From an uncultured Bacteroides sp. (GTDB taxonomy: Bacteria > Bacteroidota > Bacteroidia > Bacteroidales > Bacteroidaceae), in assembly GCA_944321495.1 (NCBI GenBank), contig CALULP010000045.1:1-24000 (forward strand): 24,000 nt of DNA, given 5' to 3'. Each line of letters starts with the position of its first letter. Within the stretch, counting starts at the first letter, position 1. The translations under genes were made by a program, and so were the position numbers. Below are positions 1-7,337 of this stretch, in pieces. Below the pieces are notes generated by a model. The model was not told the origin of the DNA and ran no database searches. It saw nothing but the letters and a program-made list of their open reading frames with translations.

Positions 1-2
1 AC

Positions 3-269
3 GATAGTCAGACTGAACAGATGCAAACAGTTCTTGACCAGCTGGCTGAGCCTTCTGTGCGGGAACGAATCTTCTCTATCGCTGATGCTTTGATTGGCGG
101 ACAACCTGTTGCTGTTTCATCCGGCGGAGGCGGTGGCAACGCCGATTCCGACCTTCGCTGGGATGGAAGAAGGCCGGATGAGGAGGAAGAGGTGTATCGG
201 AGAAGATGTTTGATGCAGGCTTTTAAGGTTGTGCAGGTTCATAATAGGAAAAGTTATAGGAGGAATTGA
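3..269 (+). CDS. 3' end of a gene running off the left edge (C-terminal ~88 aa); function unknown, possibly the tail of a mobilisation/relaxase-type protein
   Basis: The frame is open from nt 3, with no stop upstream of the listed ATG at 21, and stops at 267-269. It contains a Gly run (SSGGGGGN) followed by an acidic then basic tail. GC is visibly higher than in the following 9 kb. The Mob/relaxase idea rests only on my recollection of similar C-terminal tails in Bacteroidales Mob proteins and cannot be verified here. Confidence 0.35.
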   Translation, partial: DSQTEQMQTVLDQLAEPSVRERIFSIADALIGGQPVAVSSGGGGGNADSDLRWDGRRPDEEEEVYRRRCLMQAFKVVQVHNRKSYRRN

Positions 270-367
270 ATTGGACTATCCATATTGATAACTTGAATGA
301 AACGCAAAGAAATATATTTTAATTGAAAGTATTTTGTGGAAAATGTTCAACCTATAATATAATTCGT

Positions 368-375
368 TAAATTTG
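368..375 (+). promoter_or_regulatory. Candidate Bacteroidota -7 promoter box (TAAATTTG, consensus TAnnTTTG) for the HTH-methyltransferase operon
   Basis: Exact match to TAnnTTTG 24 nt upstream of the ATG at 399. A TTTG lies at 333-336, but its spacing is longer than the usual ~20 nt. Confidence 0.35.
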
Positions 376-398
376 CGCTAATATACACACTATGATAT

Positions 399-626
399 AT
401 GGCAGACATCAATAGAATAAAAGTAATTCTCGTTGAGAAGAAAAAAACCAATAAGTGGTTGGCAGACCAAATTGGCAAAGATCAGGCTACGGTAAGTAAA
501 TGGTGTACCAATACTACCCAACCCAGCCTTGATACATTGGTGGAAATTGCTCGTATTCTTGAAGTTGATGTTCGGGAATTGCTCGTCCCGACAGATGCTC
601 AAAAGATAATGATGACCGTATTGTAA
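399..626 (+). CDS. XRE/Cro-C1-type helix-turn-helix transcriptional regulator (75 aa); candidate controller (C) protein of the adjacent R-M module
   Basis: Classic HTH_3 pattern: KKKTNKWLADQIGKDQATVSKWCTNTTQPSLDTLVEIARILEVDVRELL. It is small and sits 17 nt upstream of, and co-directional with, two methyltransferase genes. Confidence 0.85.
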   Translation: MADINRIKVILVEKKKTNKWLADQIGKDQATVSKWCTNTTQPSLDTLVEIARILEVDVRELLVPTDAQKIMMTVL

Positions 627-643
627 ATAGTTTTTAATAAGAA

Positions 644-1744
644 ATGCATACTACACATTCTATATACTTTGCTTTTTCACAAAATATGCAGTGCATAAAT
701 GATGCAACTGTAGATTTGGTAGTTACTTCTCCTCCATATCCAATGATTGAGATGTGGGACGAGATAATGGCTATGCAAAATCCAAACATCTCTAACGCTT
801 TAAATGACAATCCAACATTGGCTTTTGAACTGATGCATCGAGAACTTGATAAGGTGTGGGCAGAATGCTATCGTGTAATTAAAGACGGAGGTTTGATGTG
901 TGTAAATATTGGTGATGCCACTCGAACTATTAACAAAAATTTTCAACTTTATAACAATCATACTCGTATTGTTGAAGCCTGTCTAAAACTTGGATTTATT
1001 AATTTACCCAATATTATATGGCGTAAACAGACTAATGCTCCCAATAAGTTCATGGGCAGTGGAATGTTGCCTTGTGGTGCCTATGTAACTTTAGAACATG
1101 AATGGATTCTCGTTTTTCGCAAAGGTGGCAAACGCGACTATAAAAAGGATTCGGACAAAGCCATCCGTCGCAAAAGTTCGTTTTTCTGGGAGGAGCGTAA
1201 TAAATGGTTCTCAGATTTGTGGGAAATAAAGGGCGTAAAGCAGAAGATCAATAACTCGCAAACGCGCGAACGCAATGCGTCTTACCCTTTGGAGATTCCA
1301 TATCGCTTAATAAATATGTATTCGCAACAAGGAGATACGATACTTGATCCTTTTTGTGGTCTTGGGACAACTGCTATTGCAGCTATGCTTACATGCCGTA
1401 ATAGTATTGGAGTAGATATTGATAAGGCATTAGAACCTTCAATTCGGGATAATATTGAGGGACTGCAAATTGATATGTTGAATGCACTCATAGCAGATCG
1501 ATATAATAAACATTTGGACTTTGTTAAGGAGAGAGAGGAGCAAGGTAAGGAATTAAAGTATGAGAATTCTAATTTGATGTGTAAGGTGATGACTTCACAA
1601 GAAGTGGACATTAATTTATACTATCTTGATAGTATAACCCTTAAGACAGATAAAACTCTGACTTATGAATGTACTTATTTTGATGATGTAGCCATTAATG
1701 AATATGTTCCTAATAACAGGAATACACTATTCTTTAGGATATGA
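644..1744 (+). CDS. DNA amino-methyltransferase, beta class (N4-cytosine or N6-adenine), M1
   Basis: Catalytic motif IV is N-terminal (DLVVTSPPYP) and the AdoMet motif I is C-terminal (ILDPFCGLGTTAIAA). This is the circularly permuted beta-class order of the N6_N4_Mtase family (PF01555). SPPY is most typical of m4C enzymes. Confidence 0.9.
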   Translation: MHTTHSIYFAFSQNMQCINDATVDLVVTSPPYPMIEMWDEIMAMQNPNISNALNDNPTLAFELMHRELDKVWAECYRVIKDGGLMCVNIGDATRTINKNFQLYNNHTRIVEACLKLGFINLPNIIWRKQTNAPNKFMGSGMLPCGAYVTLEHEWILVFRKGGKRDYKKDSDKAIRRKSSFFWEERNKWFSDLWEIKGVKQKINNSQTRERNASYPLEIPYRLINMYSQQGDTILDPFCGLGTTAIAAMLTCRNSIGVDIDKALEPSIRDNIEGLQIDMLNALIADRYNKHLDFVKEREEQGKELKYENSNLMCKVMTSQEVDINLYYLDSITLKTDKTLTYECTYFDDVAINEYVPNNRNTLFFRI

Positions 1745-2715
1745 TTGAGCCTACCGTACATAAACTCATCAATGGAGATAGCCGTTGCATGTCACTGATT
1801 CCAGATTGCTCAGTGCAACTTATAGTTACGTCGCCACCATACTGGCAATTAAAGGACTACGGTTCAGATGAGCAGATAGGATTCAATGATACATATGAGC
1901 AGTATATTAATAGCCTTAACCTTGTGTGGAGTGAATGTTATCGTGTTCTATCAAATGGATGTAGGTTGTGTATCAATGTTGGTGATCAATTTGCTCGTTC
2001 TGTCTATTATGGACGCTATAAGGTTATACCAATTCATTCTGAAATAATTCGTTTCTGTGAAACTATCGGTTTTGACTACATGGGTAGCATTGTATGGCAA
2101 AAGCCTACAAATATGCATACCACTGGAGGGCAGAAAGTAATGGGTAGTTATCCATATCCTCGTAATGGCATAGTTAAATTTGATTTCGAGCATATTCTCC
2201 TTTTTAAAAAGTTAGGAAATGCTCCACTTGTAAATAATTCAGTGCGTAAGCAATCAGTACTAACAGATGAAGAATGGCAAAGATATTTCTCTTCGCATTG
2301 GACTTTTGGTGGCGCACGCCAAGATAGACACATTGCCGTATTTCCAGAGGAACTGCCTAAACGTCTCATAAAAATGTATTCTTTTGTAGGGGATACAGTC
2401 TTAGATCCATTTATAGGTAGTGGCACAACTGCACTTGCTGCTCGTAATCTTGGTCGTAATTCAATAGGTTATGAAATAAATTCTAACTTTTTAGATTATT
2501 ATAGAGAAAAAGTAACGAAAACTGAAGAATGTACTTTTTATTATGAAGTAGATGATAAGCGAATTGATATTGATTCGGCCATTAACCGATTGCCTTATCG
2601 CTTCATAGATGTGCATAAATTTAACAAACAGGTTGATGTAAAGGCAAATACATTTGGGTCGGTTATGGAAGATAAAAGCATAAATAAAAATTTGAATAAA
2701 ATGAATAAAAAATAG
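1741..2715 (+). CDS. DNA amino-methyltransferase, beta class (N4-cytosine or N6-adenine), M2
   Basis: Motif IV is QLIVTSPPYW and motif I is VLDPFIGSGTTALAA. The start overlaps the M1 stop in ATGA (1741-1744), implying translational coupling. Confidence 0.9.
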   Translation: MIEPTVHKLINGDSRCMSLIPDCSVQLIVTSPPYWQLKDYGSDEQIGFNDTYEQYINSLNLVWSECYRVLSNGCRLCINVGDQFARSVYYGRYKVIPIHSEIIRFCETIGFDYMGSIVWQKPTNMHTTGGQKVMGSYPYPRNGIVKFDFEHILLFKKLGNAPLVNNSVRKQSVLTDEEWQRYFSSHWTFGGARQDRHIAVFPEELPKRLIKMYSFVGDTVLDPFIGSGTTALAARNLGRNSIGYEINSNFLDYYREKVTKTEECTFYYEVDDKRIDIDSAINRLPYRFIDVHKFNKQVDVKANTFGSVMEDKSINKNLNKMNKK

Positions 2716-2751
2716 AGTAGTCACATATAAGAATATCCTTGACTCGACTGA

Positions 2752-2869
2752 GTATCAGAATTAGCACTTCAATATAACTTCAGTTCAGGCAAGACAACGG
2801 ATATTCACGCCATATAGGGTGTGGATAGCGAGGTTGTTGTCTGAAGTAGGCAGTGCTAAGCCTTGATAC
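2752..2869 (+). other. Long imperfect hairpin (~118 nt) in the M2 3' UTR / intergenic region; possible structured RNA or regulatory element
   Basis: Four colinear nested helices read by hand. They are 2752-2757/2864-2869 (gtatca/tgatac), 2761-2767/2853-2859 (ttagcac/gtgctaa), 2777-2783/2841-2847 (acttcag/ctgaagt) and 2794-2798/2836-2840 (acaac/gttgt). Local GC is higher than in the flanks. No ORF covers it. Confidence 0.3.
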
Positions 2870-2885
2870 CAATAATCTCATCCAC

Positions 2886-2925
2886 GCCCTTTTTTCTCTA
2901 TAGATTGAGGAAAAGGGGCTTTTTA
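2886..2925 (+). terminator. Rho-independent terminator after the HTH-M1-M2 operon, upstream of the candidate endonuclease gene
   Basis: A 13-bp stem (2886-2898 gcccttttttctc / 2907-2919 gaggaaaaggggc, two G-U wobbles), an 8-nt loop (tatagatt), then tttttа-type T run at 2920-2924. Confidence 0.7.
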
Positions 2926-2966
2926 TATGAGAACAAAGATGGTTTTTACTATAAAAGAGTCAAGAT

Positions 2967-3560
2967 ATGAAAAAGAAAATTTACAATCAGGCTGTTGAAG
3001 AACTTTCAAATGCGGAAGCATATAATTTCCCGAAGTACACCACACAGATTATTAATCTTGTGAATAGTAATGCACAAGGAACCCGACCATCCGTTGTTGG
3101 TCAAATGTCTGAACTAATTCAAGCGTTTCCCGGTAAATCTTTGGCCGAGTGGATTGAATGGTATTCTGAACAACAACCCAATGCGGTAAATAATGCAACA
3201 GACAAAATTTGGTCTAAGTTACAAGAAATGAAAGATGCTGTTGCTCTTATAGATAAGCCAATGGTCGAAGCATGGGTAAAGGATTTGGTTTATACTAAGA
3301 CATATTGTGGTTTGAAATTTCAAGAAGCTATCCTTGCATATTTGGCTCGTGAATATAATACCACCTATCGTTTAGCCTCCATTGAAGAAGAGTCTCAAGG
3401 CATAGATGGTTATTTGAACAATAACCCAGTCCAAATAAAATCTATTACATATAAGCAGGAAGCACTTTTGTCAGAGGTCATTAATGTTCCCATCATATAC
3501 TATGATAAAAAGAAAGATGGTATTAACATTGAATTTGAACCGAATGATTTTGGATTATAA
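2967..3560 (+). CDS. Candidate Type II restriction endonuclease (197 aa), PD-(D/E)xK-like
   Basis: Its position next to two MTases fits. A possible nuclease core is SIEEESQGIDGYLNNNPVQIKS (acidic cluster, D, then Q-x-K 10 residues later). The N-terminal FPKYTTQIINLVNSNAQGTRPSVVGQMSELI reminds me of proteins annotated as MjaI-family endonucleases. That is recollection, not a search result. Confidence 0.5.
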   Translation: MKKKIYNQAVEELSNAEAYNFPKYTTQIINLVNSNAQGTRPSVVGQMSELIQAFPGKSLAEWIEWYSEQQPNAVNNATDKIWSKLQEMKDAVALIDKPMVEAWVKDLVYTKTYCGLKFQEAILAYLAREYNTTYRLASIEEESQGIDGYLNNNPVQIKSITYKQEALLSEVINVPIIYYDKKKDGINIEFEPNDFGL

Positions 3561-3588
3561 AGTGTAGTAATAAAAAAGTAATAATTTG

Positions 3589-4550
3589 AATCAGTAGTTG
3601 AAAATAAGGTATAAAAAAGCGATAGCAATCTTACCCATCGTATGAATTAGGAGTCCGCAAGTAGAGCGACACTTACCAGCTCTTTGAATATCTGTTTTTT
3701 CGTTCAGCCAGCTGAAGAGGGCCTCAATGGGTTCCCTGACAGATGAAACGGCTTGAGAATAAAGGTCATCAGCGGCCTTGCACCACTGCTTTTCTTTCTC
3801 AGAAGCCCCTTTGATGGACTTGACAGGAGCATAGAACTCATTGGCCTTGTCGCGTCTCTCCCGCTCCCAGTAGTCACGGCTCCGGTATATCTTGTCAGCG
3901 AAGATATTCTTGTTGAAAAGATCCGGCACGCATTCGCTCTGGAAGACCTTCAGGTCATTCTCTGAGGCAGGAGACAGCGCTATCTGGCACGGATGAGGAA
4001 GATGTCCTTTCCTGCGATAGCCTACCATGTGAAGCTTCAGTCCATGATAGTACAGGTTCTTGGTAGAACAGTATCCCTTGTCAGCGATATCCCTGGCGAC
4101 CTTGCCGGTACGGTTTCTGCCGCAGCATGTGATTATCGGCATTGAGTCAACAATGACGGTATCTTCCTGACAATCAGAAGGCTTGAACATGCGCAACAAC
4201 TGCGAGGACAGTTCCGTGACAGCTCCGGCCATCCTGTTGAGACGGTAATTGAATGTCTGATAGGACACCAGCTTTGGGAACCACTCCCGCAGGTACTCTT
4301 TAGCGAAGTTGTGAATATCCTTGATGAGGGTGTACTTCTGCTCATGACCGACAAAGAAATAAATCGTAAGAATTTCCTCGTCGGAGAACAACGGTTTCGA
4401 ATTATTGCTGTATCTTTGGCAATGGTATTTGAGACTCTGTTCGTACATATCGCAGATATACATATAGATTTTTATTAGTCTATACTCTTTGTCCTTGGGA
4501 ATCATAACAAGCAAAAAATAGGGGTATTTTTTACTTTTAAGTTACTGATT
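3589..4550 (-). mobile_element. IS982-family insertion sequence (~0.96 kb)
   Basis: A single DDE transposase gene almost fills the element. Imperfect terminal inverted repeats are 3589-3604 (aatcagtagttgaaaa) versus the reverse complement of 4535-4550 (aatcagtaacttaaaa), 13/16 identical. GC is about mid-40s%, distinct from the ~30% flanks. No clear target-site duplication is seen, so the boundaries are approximate. Confidence 0.6.
3591..4505 (-). CDS. IS982-family DDE transposase (304 aa from the ATG at 4505; the ORF track starts at an upstream TTG at 4514)
   Basis: The length (~300 aa) and sequence character fit IS982-type transposases common in Bacteroidales. Motifs include VIVDSMPIITC and IFADKIYRSRDYW, with a C-terminal REPIEALFSWL...RAGKCRS block giving a DDE-like arrangement. 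Confidence 0.75.
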   Translation of the reverse strand: MIPKDKEYRLIKIYMYICDMYEQSLKYHCQRYSNNSKPLFSDEEILTIYFFVGHEQKYTLIKDIHNFAKEYLREWFPKLVSYQTFNYRLNRMAGAVTELSSQLLRMFKPSDCQEDTVIVDSMPIITCCGRNRTGKVARDIADKGYCSTKNLYYHGLKLHMVGYRRKGHLPHPCQIALSPASENDLKVFQSECVPDLFNKNIFADKIYRSRDYWERERRDKANEFYAPVKSIKGASEKEKQWCKAADDLYSQAVSSVREPIEALFSWLNEKTDIQRAGKCRSTCGLLIHTMGKIAIAFLYLIFNY

Positions 4551-4601
4551 TCCAGGGACTTTTACAAGTATTTCATCCCTTAATCTTCAAATATTTACAA
4601 C

Positions 4602-4609
4602 TAATTTTG
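4602..4609 (+). promoter_or_regulatory. Candidate -7 promoter box (TAATTTTG) for the Qat operon
   Basis: Exact TAnnTTTG match 69 nt upstream of the qatA ATG. It lies outside the IS right end. No good -33 TTTG is seen. Confidence 0.3.
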
Positions 4610-4643
4610 AGGCCTGAATGACCTCGGTTAAACTTATAAATTA

Positions 4644-4660
4644 CAGCAGTTCAACTGCTG
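4644..4660. promoter_or_regulatory. Perfect palindrome cagcagt-tca-actgctg in the qatA leader (operator or leader hairpin)
   Basis: 7-bp perfect inverted repeat (8 bp if the t-a pair is closed), 17 nt upstream of the start codon at 4678. Confidence 0.35.
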
Positions 4661-4677
4661 ATTGGAATTAATAATAT

Positions 4678-6513
4678 ATGTGGCCAGATAAAGAGACTGA
4701 AATTGACTACCTAAACTTTGGATATATGGTAGACATGGTTGTGGATATTGCGACCAATCGACAGCTATCCCCATCTACTATTGGTCTATATGGTGATTGG
4801 GGTAGTGGAAAATCTACTTTAATGAGACTTGCAAAAAAGAAGATTGAGGAATGCGATCAAAAAGTTGATAGAAAGGATGGCGCATCAAAACAGAAGTCTC
4901 TTTGTATTGAATTTAATGGTTGGTTATTCGAAGGTTACGAAGATACAAAAACATCCTTGTGTGGAACTATCTTGGATGCTCTTACCGATAAAAAAAGATT
5001 CGGTCCAGAAGTGGCTGAAAAAGCTAAGGAACTTATCAAGAAGATAGATTTTAAGAAAATAGTAAGCAAAAGTGTTAAATTTGGACTGGACTTCCTGATT
5101 ACAGGTGGTATAGGAGCTCTTACAGACTTAACGCTTAGCAGTATCCTTACATCTATCAAAAATTCATCTGCGGAAATAGATGCCAAGCAAATAGAGGAAA
5201 TTCTTGAAAAATTTAAAAAGGAGGAAAATACCCGTACTGATGTAAAAAATTTCAGGAAGGAGTTTAAGGATTTGCTTGAAATGAGTAAAGTCGAACATGT
5301 TGTCGTTTTTATTGATGAATTAGACCGTTGTCAACCAGATACCATACTTGAAGTATTTGAAGCTATGCGCTTATTCCTTTTTGTAGAAGGAACGTCTTTC
5401 ATCATCGGCGCAGATGAACGCTTGATTCAGTATGCTATTAAAAGTAAATATAAAGAAGTGCCTGGAAATAATTTGGATATTGGGAAAGAGTATCTTGAAA
5501 AAGTAATACAATACCCAATAACTATTCCACAACTCAATCGTACAGAGGTTAATCAATATCTTTCTTGTCTTCTATTAGAAAAACGCCTTGAAGATAAACA
5601 TGATTTTAATCAATTGCTTTCGGTAATTAATTCATTAAAGCCTGATGAAGAATTTACGATGGAACTTATTAATGCAAAGGCACATTCAATAGCTGATTCT
5701 TGTAAGGATGAGATGGCTCTTTCGCGACAGATTTCTTCCGTTTTAGCTCCAAGTATAAATGGTAATCCACGGCAATGCAAGCGCTTTTTAAATATGCTAT
5801 ATATGCGTTTAAATTTAGCTAAAGCAAGACAAGTGAATTTGGATAGAAATATTCTTGCTAAACTTATGCTTGCTGAGTATTTTAATCCAGAGTTTTTTAA
5901 AACCGTAATAAAACCAAAGAATCGAGAACAATTCAAAGTCTTTGAAAATGGTGAACAATTGAGTGAGGATAATCCTTTTTTCAGTTGGAAAGACAAAGAT
6001 TGGGTGAAAGAATGGATAAATAATGACACTCGAATCGGTGAGGCTAAATTAGAAGAGTATGTATATTTTTCTTCCGTAAAAAATAGATATGGCCAGTCTA
6101 ACCTTAGCCAACTGAGTCCGACCGCTAAAAAATGTTACGATTTTTTGGTGGATGGTACTGAGACAAACAGAAAAGAAGCATTGAAGTTGGTGGAAAGTAT
6201 TGCACCTGGAGAAAAAGCCATTATTGCATCTGAGTTATTTTCAATAATAGAAAATTGTTCTACAATGAATATTGAGGTGCTGCGTTCCTATGCTGATTTC
6301 AGTGTGAAAGCAGGGATGATTCCTGAAGCATTGAAGAATTTAATGAGTCTTCCGGTGAATCAATATGATGTGGCATCTTATGGTCAACTTACTCCTTTTA
6401 TATTAAAACTTAGTTCTGAAGAGTCAAAGCAATTTAATACATACCTCATGACTAACAAAAAACTACAATCAACCATTGAGAGAGGTTCTCAATTAAATAA
6501 AATATTAGAATAA
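4678..6513 (+). CDS. qatA: KAP-family P-loop NTPase (611 aa), QatA-like
   Basis: Walker A is LYGDWGSGKSTLM, Walker B is HVVVFIDELDRCQPD (the KAP-typical DELDRC), and the later motif is GNPRQCKRFLN. A hydrophobic or amphipathic insert (FGLDFLITGGIGALTDLTLSSILTSI) lies between Walker A and B, as in KAP NTPases (PF07693). It is the first gene of the 4-gene operon. Confidence 0.85.
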   Translation: MWPDKETEIDYLNFGYMVDMVVDIATNRQLSPSTIGLYGDWGSGKSTLMRLAKKKIEECDQKVDRKDGASKQKSLCIEFNGWLFEGYEDTKTSLCGTILDALTDKKRFGPEVAEKAKELIKKIDFKKIVSKSVKFGLDFLITGGIGALTDLTLSSILTSIKNSSAEIDAKQIEEILEKFKKEENTRTDVKNFRKEFKDLLEMSKVEHVVVFIDELDRCQPDTILEVFEAMRLFLFVEGTSFIIGADERLIQYAIKSKYKEVPGNNLDIGKEYLEKVIQYPITIPQLNRTEVNQYLSCLLLEKRLEDKHDFNQLLSVINSLKPDEEFTMELINAKAHSIADSCKDEMALSRQISSVLAPSINGNPRQCKRFLNMLYMRLNLAKARQVNLDRNILAKLMLAEYFNPEFFKTVIKPKNREQFKVFENGEQLSEDNPFFSWKDKDWVKEWINNDTRIGEAKLEEYVYFSSVKNRYGQSNLSQLSPTAKKCYDFLVDGTETNRKEALKLVESIAPGEKAIIASELFSIIENCSTMNIEVLRSYADFSVKAGMIPEALKNLMSLPVNQYDVASYGQLTPFILKLSSEESKQFNTYLMTNKKLQSTIERGSQLNKILE

Positions 6514-7337
6514 TGGGAACATCAAACTTGTATAAAGGTCCGAAAAAAACGATATTGCTACCATCAGATTATAATCCTGATCAAATACCAGAATTGAGTA
6601 ATTCTCCAGAGAATGTCCCGGAGCAAGAGTTACCTTCAACTGACCCAGAGGAGAATGAACCTGAAAAGTCTCCAATACAGCCTGTAACTTGGGGGACTGT
6701 TCGTAGTTCTATTAGAAAAGCGATGAATAATAGAAGCAGACGTAATGTTACGGATGCGATAAGAAATTATACGAAGGCTCTCGGTGGGCACACTAATGCG
6801 ACGCGTCAAGCAGTAAAAGTTAGGAATGCTGCTGGTGTACTCTATTCTTATTTTGCAGGAGCTCCAGATGTAATTCGTAAAAGATTAGAAGAAGTTGGTA
6901 TCCAATTCAGAGATAGGACAACAAAGGATATATTTCGCGATATATGTAATTTTATAACTCCTGTTCCCAATGATTTAGAGGATTCATTAGTCAACATTGC
7001 GCTGCAAGAAACATTTGCAGATGTAGCAGCTGATCCGAATATTGATCTCAGTAGGTTGGAAAGTTTCAATGAGGAATTATTACAAAGACTCATAGGAGGC
7101 TTGATGAAACATTACATATTTGATAAACTTATATTACAATCCGAGCAAACTGCACTAAAAAAATGTACGAACACAACAAAGTTGCGAGAACTGGAAAAAA
7201 ATATAAAATTTTATATTGATGGTATTGTTGATAGCATAATTCCTAAATTAGTTCGAACCGGAATGAATCCTTCCGATTTCAATCGAGCTTTGGAAGTTTT
7301 ATGTGATATGTCATATAAACAAATGGAGGAGTTATAA
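6513..7337 (+). CDS. qatB: Unknown-function protein (274 aa), QatB-like by position
   Basis: No catalytic motif is recognisable. The N-terminus is MGTSNLYKGPKK, followed by a Pro/Glu-rich low-complexity linker (about aa 20-57) and then a helical-looking C-terminal domain. Start and stop overlap both neighbours by 1 nt (TAATG). The assignment rests on gene order only. Confidence 0.6.
   Translation: MGTSNLYKGPKKTILLPSDYNPDQIPELSNSPENVPEQELPSTDPEENEPEKSPIQPVTWGTVRSSIRKAMNNRSRRNVTDAIRNYTKALGGHTNATRQAVKVRNAAGVLYSYFAGAPDVIRKRLEEVGIQFRDRTTKDIFRDICNFITPVPNDLEDSLVNIALQETFADVAADPNIDLSRLESFNEELLQRLIGGLMKHYIFDKLILQSEQTALKKCTNTTKLRELEKNIKFYIDGIVDSIIPKLVRTGMNPSDFNRALEVLCDMSYKQMEEL

Noticed and set aside
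282-291. 10-bp direct repeat atattgataa at 282-291 and 9440-9449 as possible att/target duplication flanking the island. The shared tttgcgc at ~372-378 and ~9409-9415 was considered for the same reason.
   Set aside because: In such AT-rich flanks, a 10-mer shared between two windows of a few hundred nt is roughly expected by chance (my rough estimate is order 0.1-0.5 occurrences). No integrase is present to support it.
1282-1611. 109-aa minus-strand ORF inside the M1 methyltransferase gene. Similar short antisense ORFs lie inside M2, qatA and qatB.
   Set aside because: They sit inside well-supported genes on the opposite strand, have no motifs and are typical AT-rich chance ORFs.
2752-2869. 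Retron msr/msd, CRISPR-associated RNA or Type III antitoxin RNA interpretation of the long hairpin
   Set aside because: No reverse transcriptase, cas gene, repeat array or adjacent toxin ORF is present. Only a generic structured element can be claimed.
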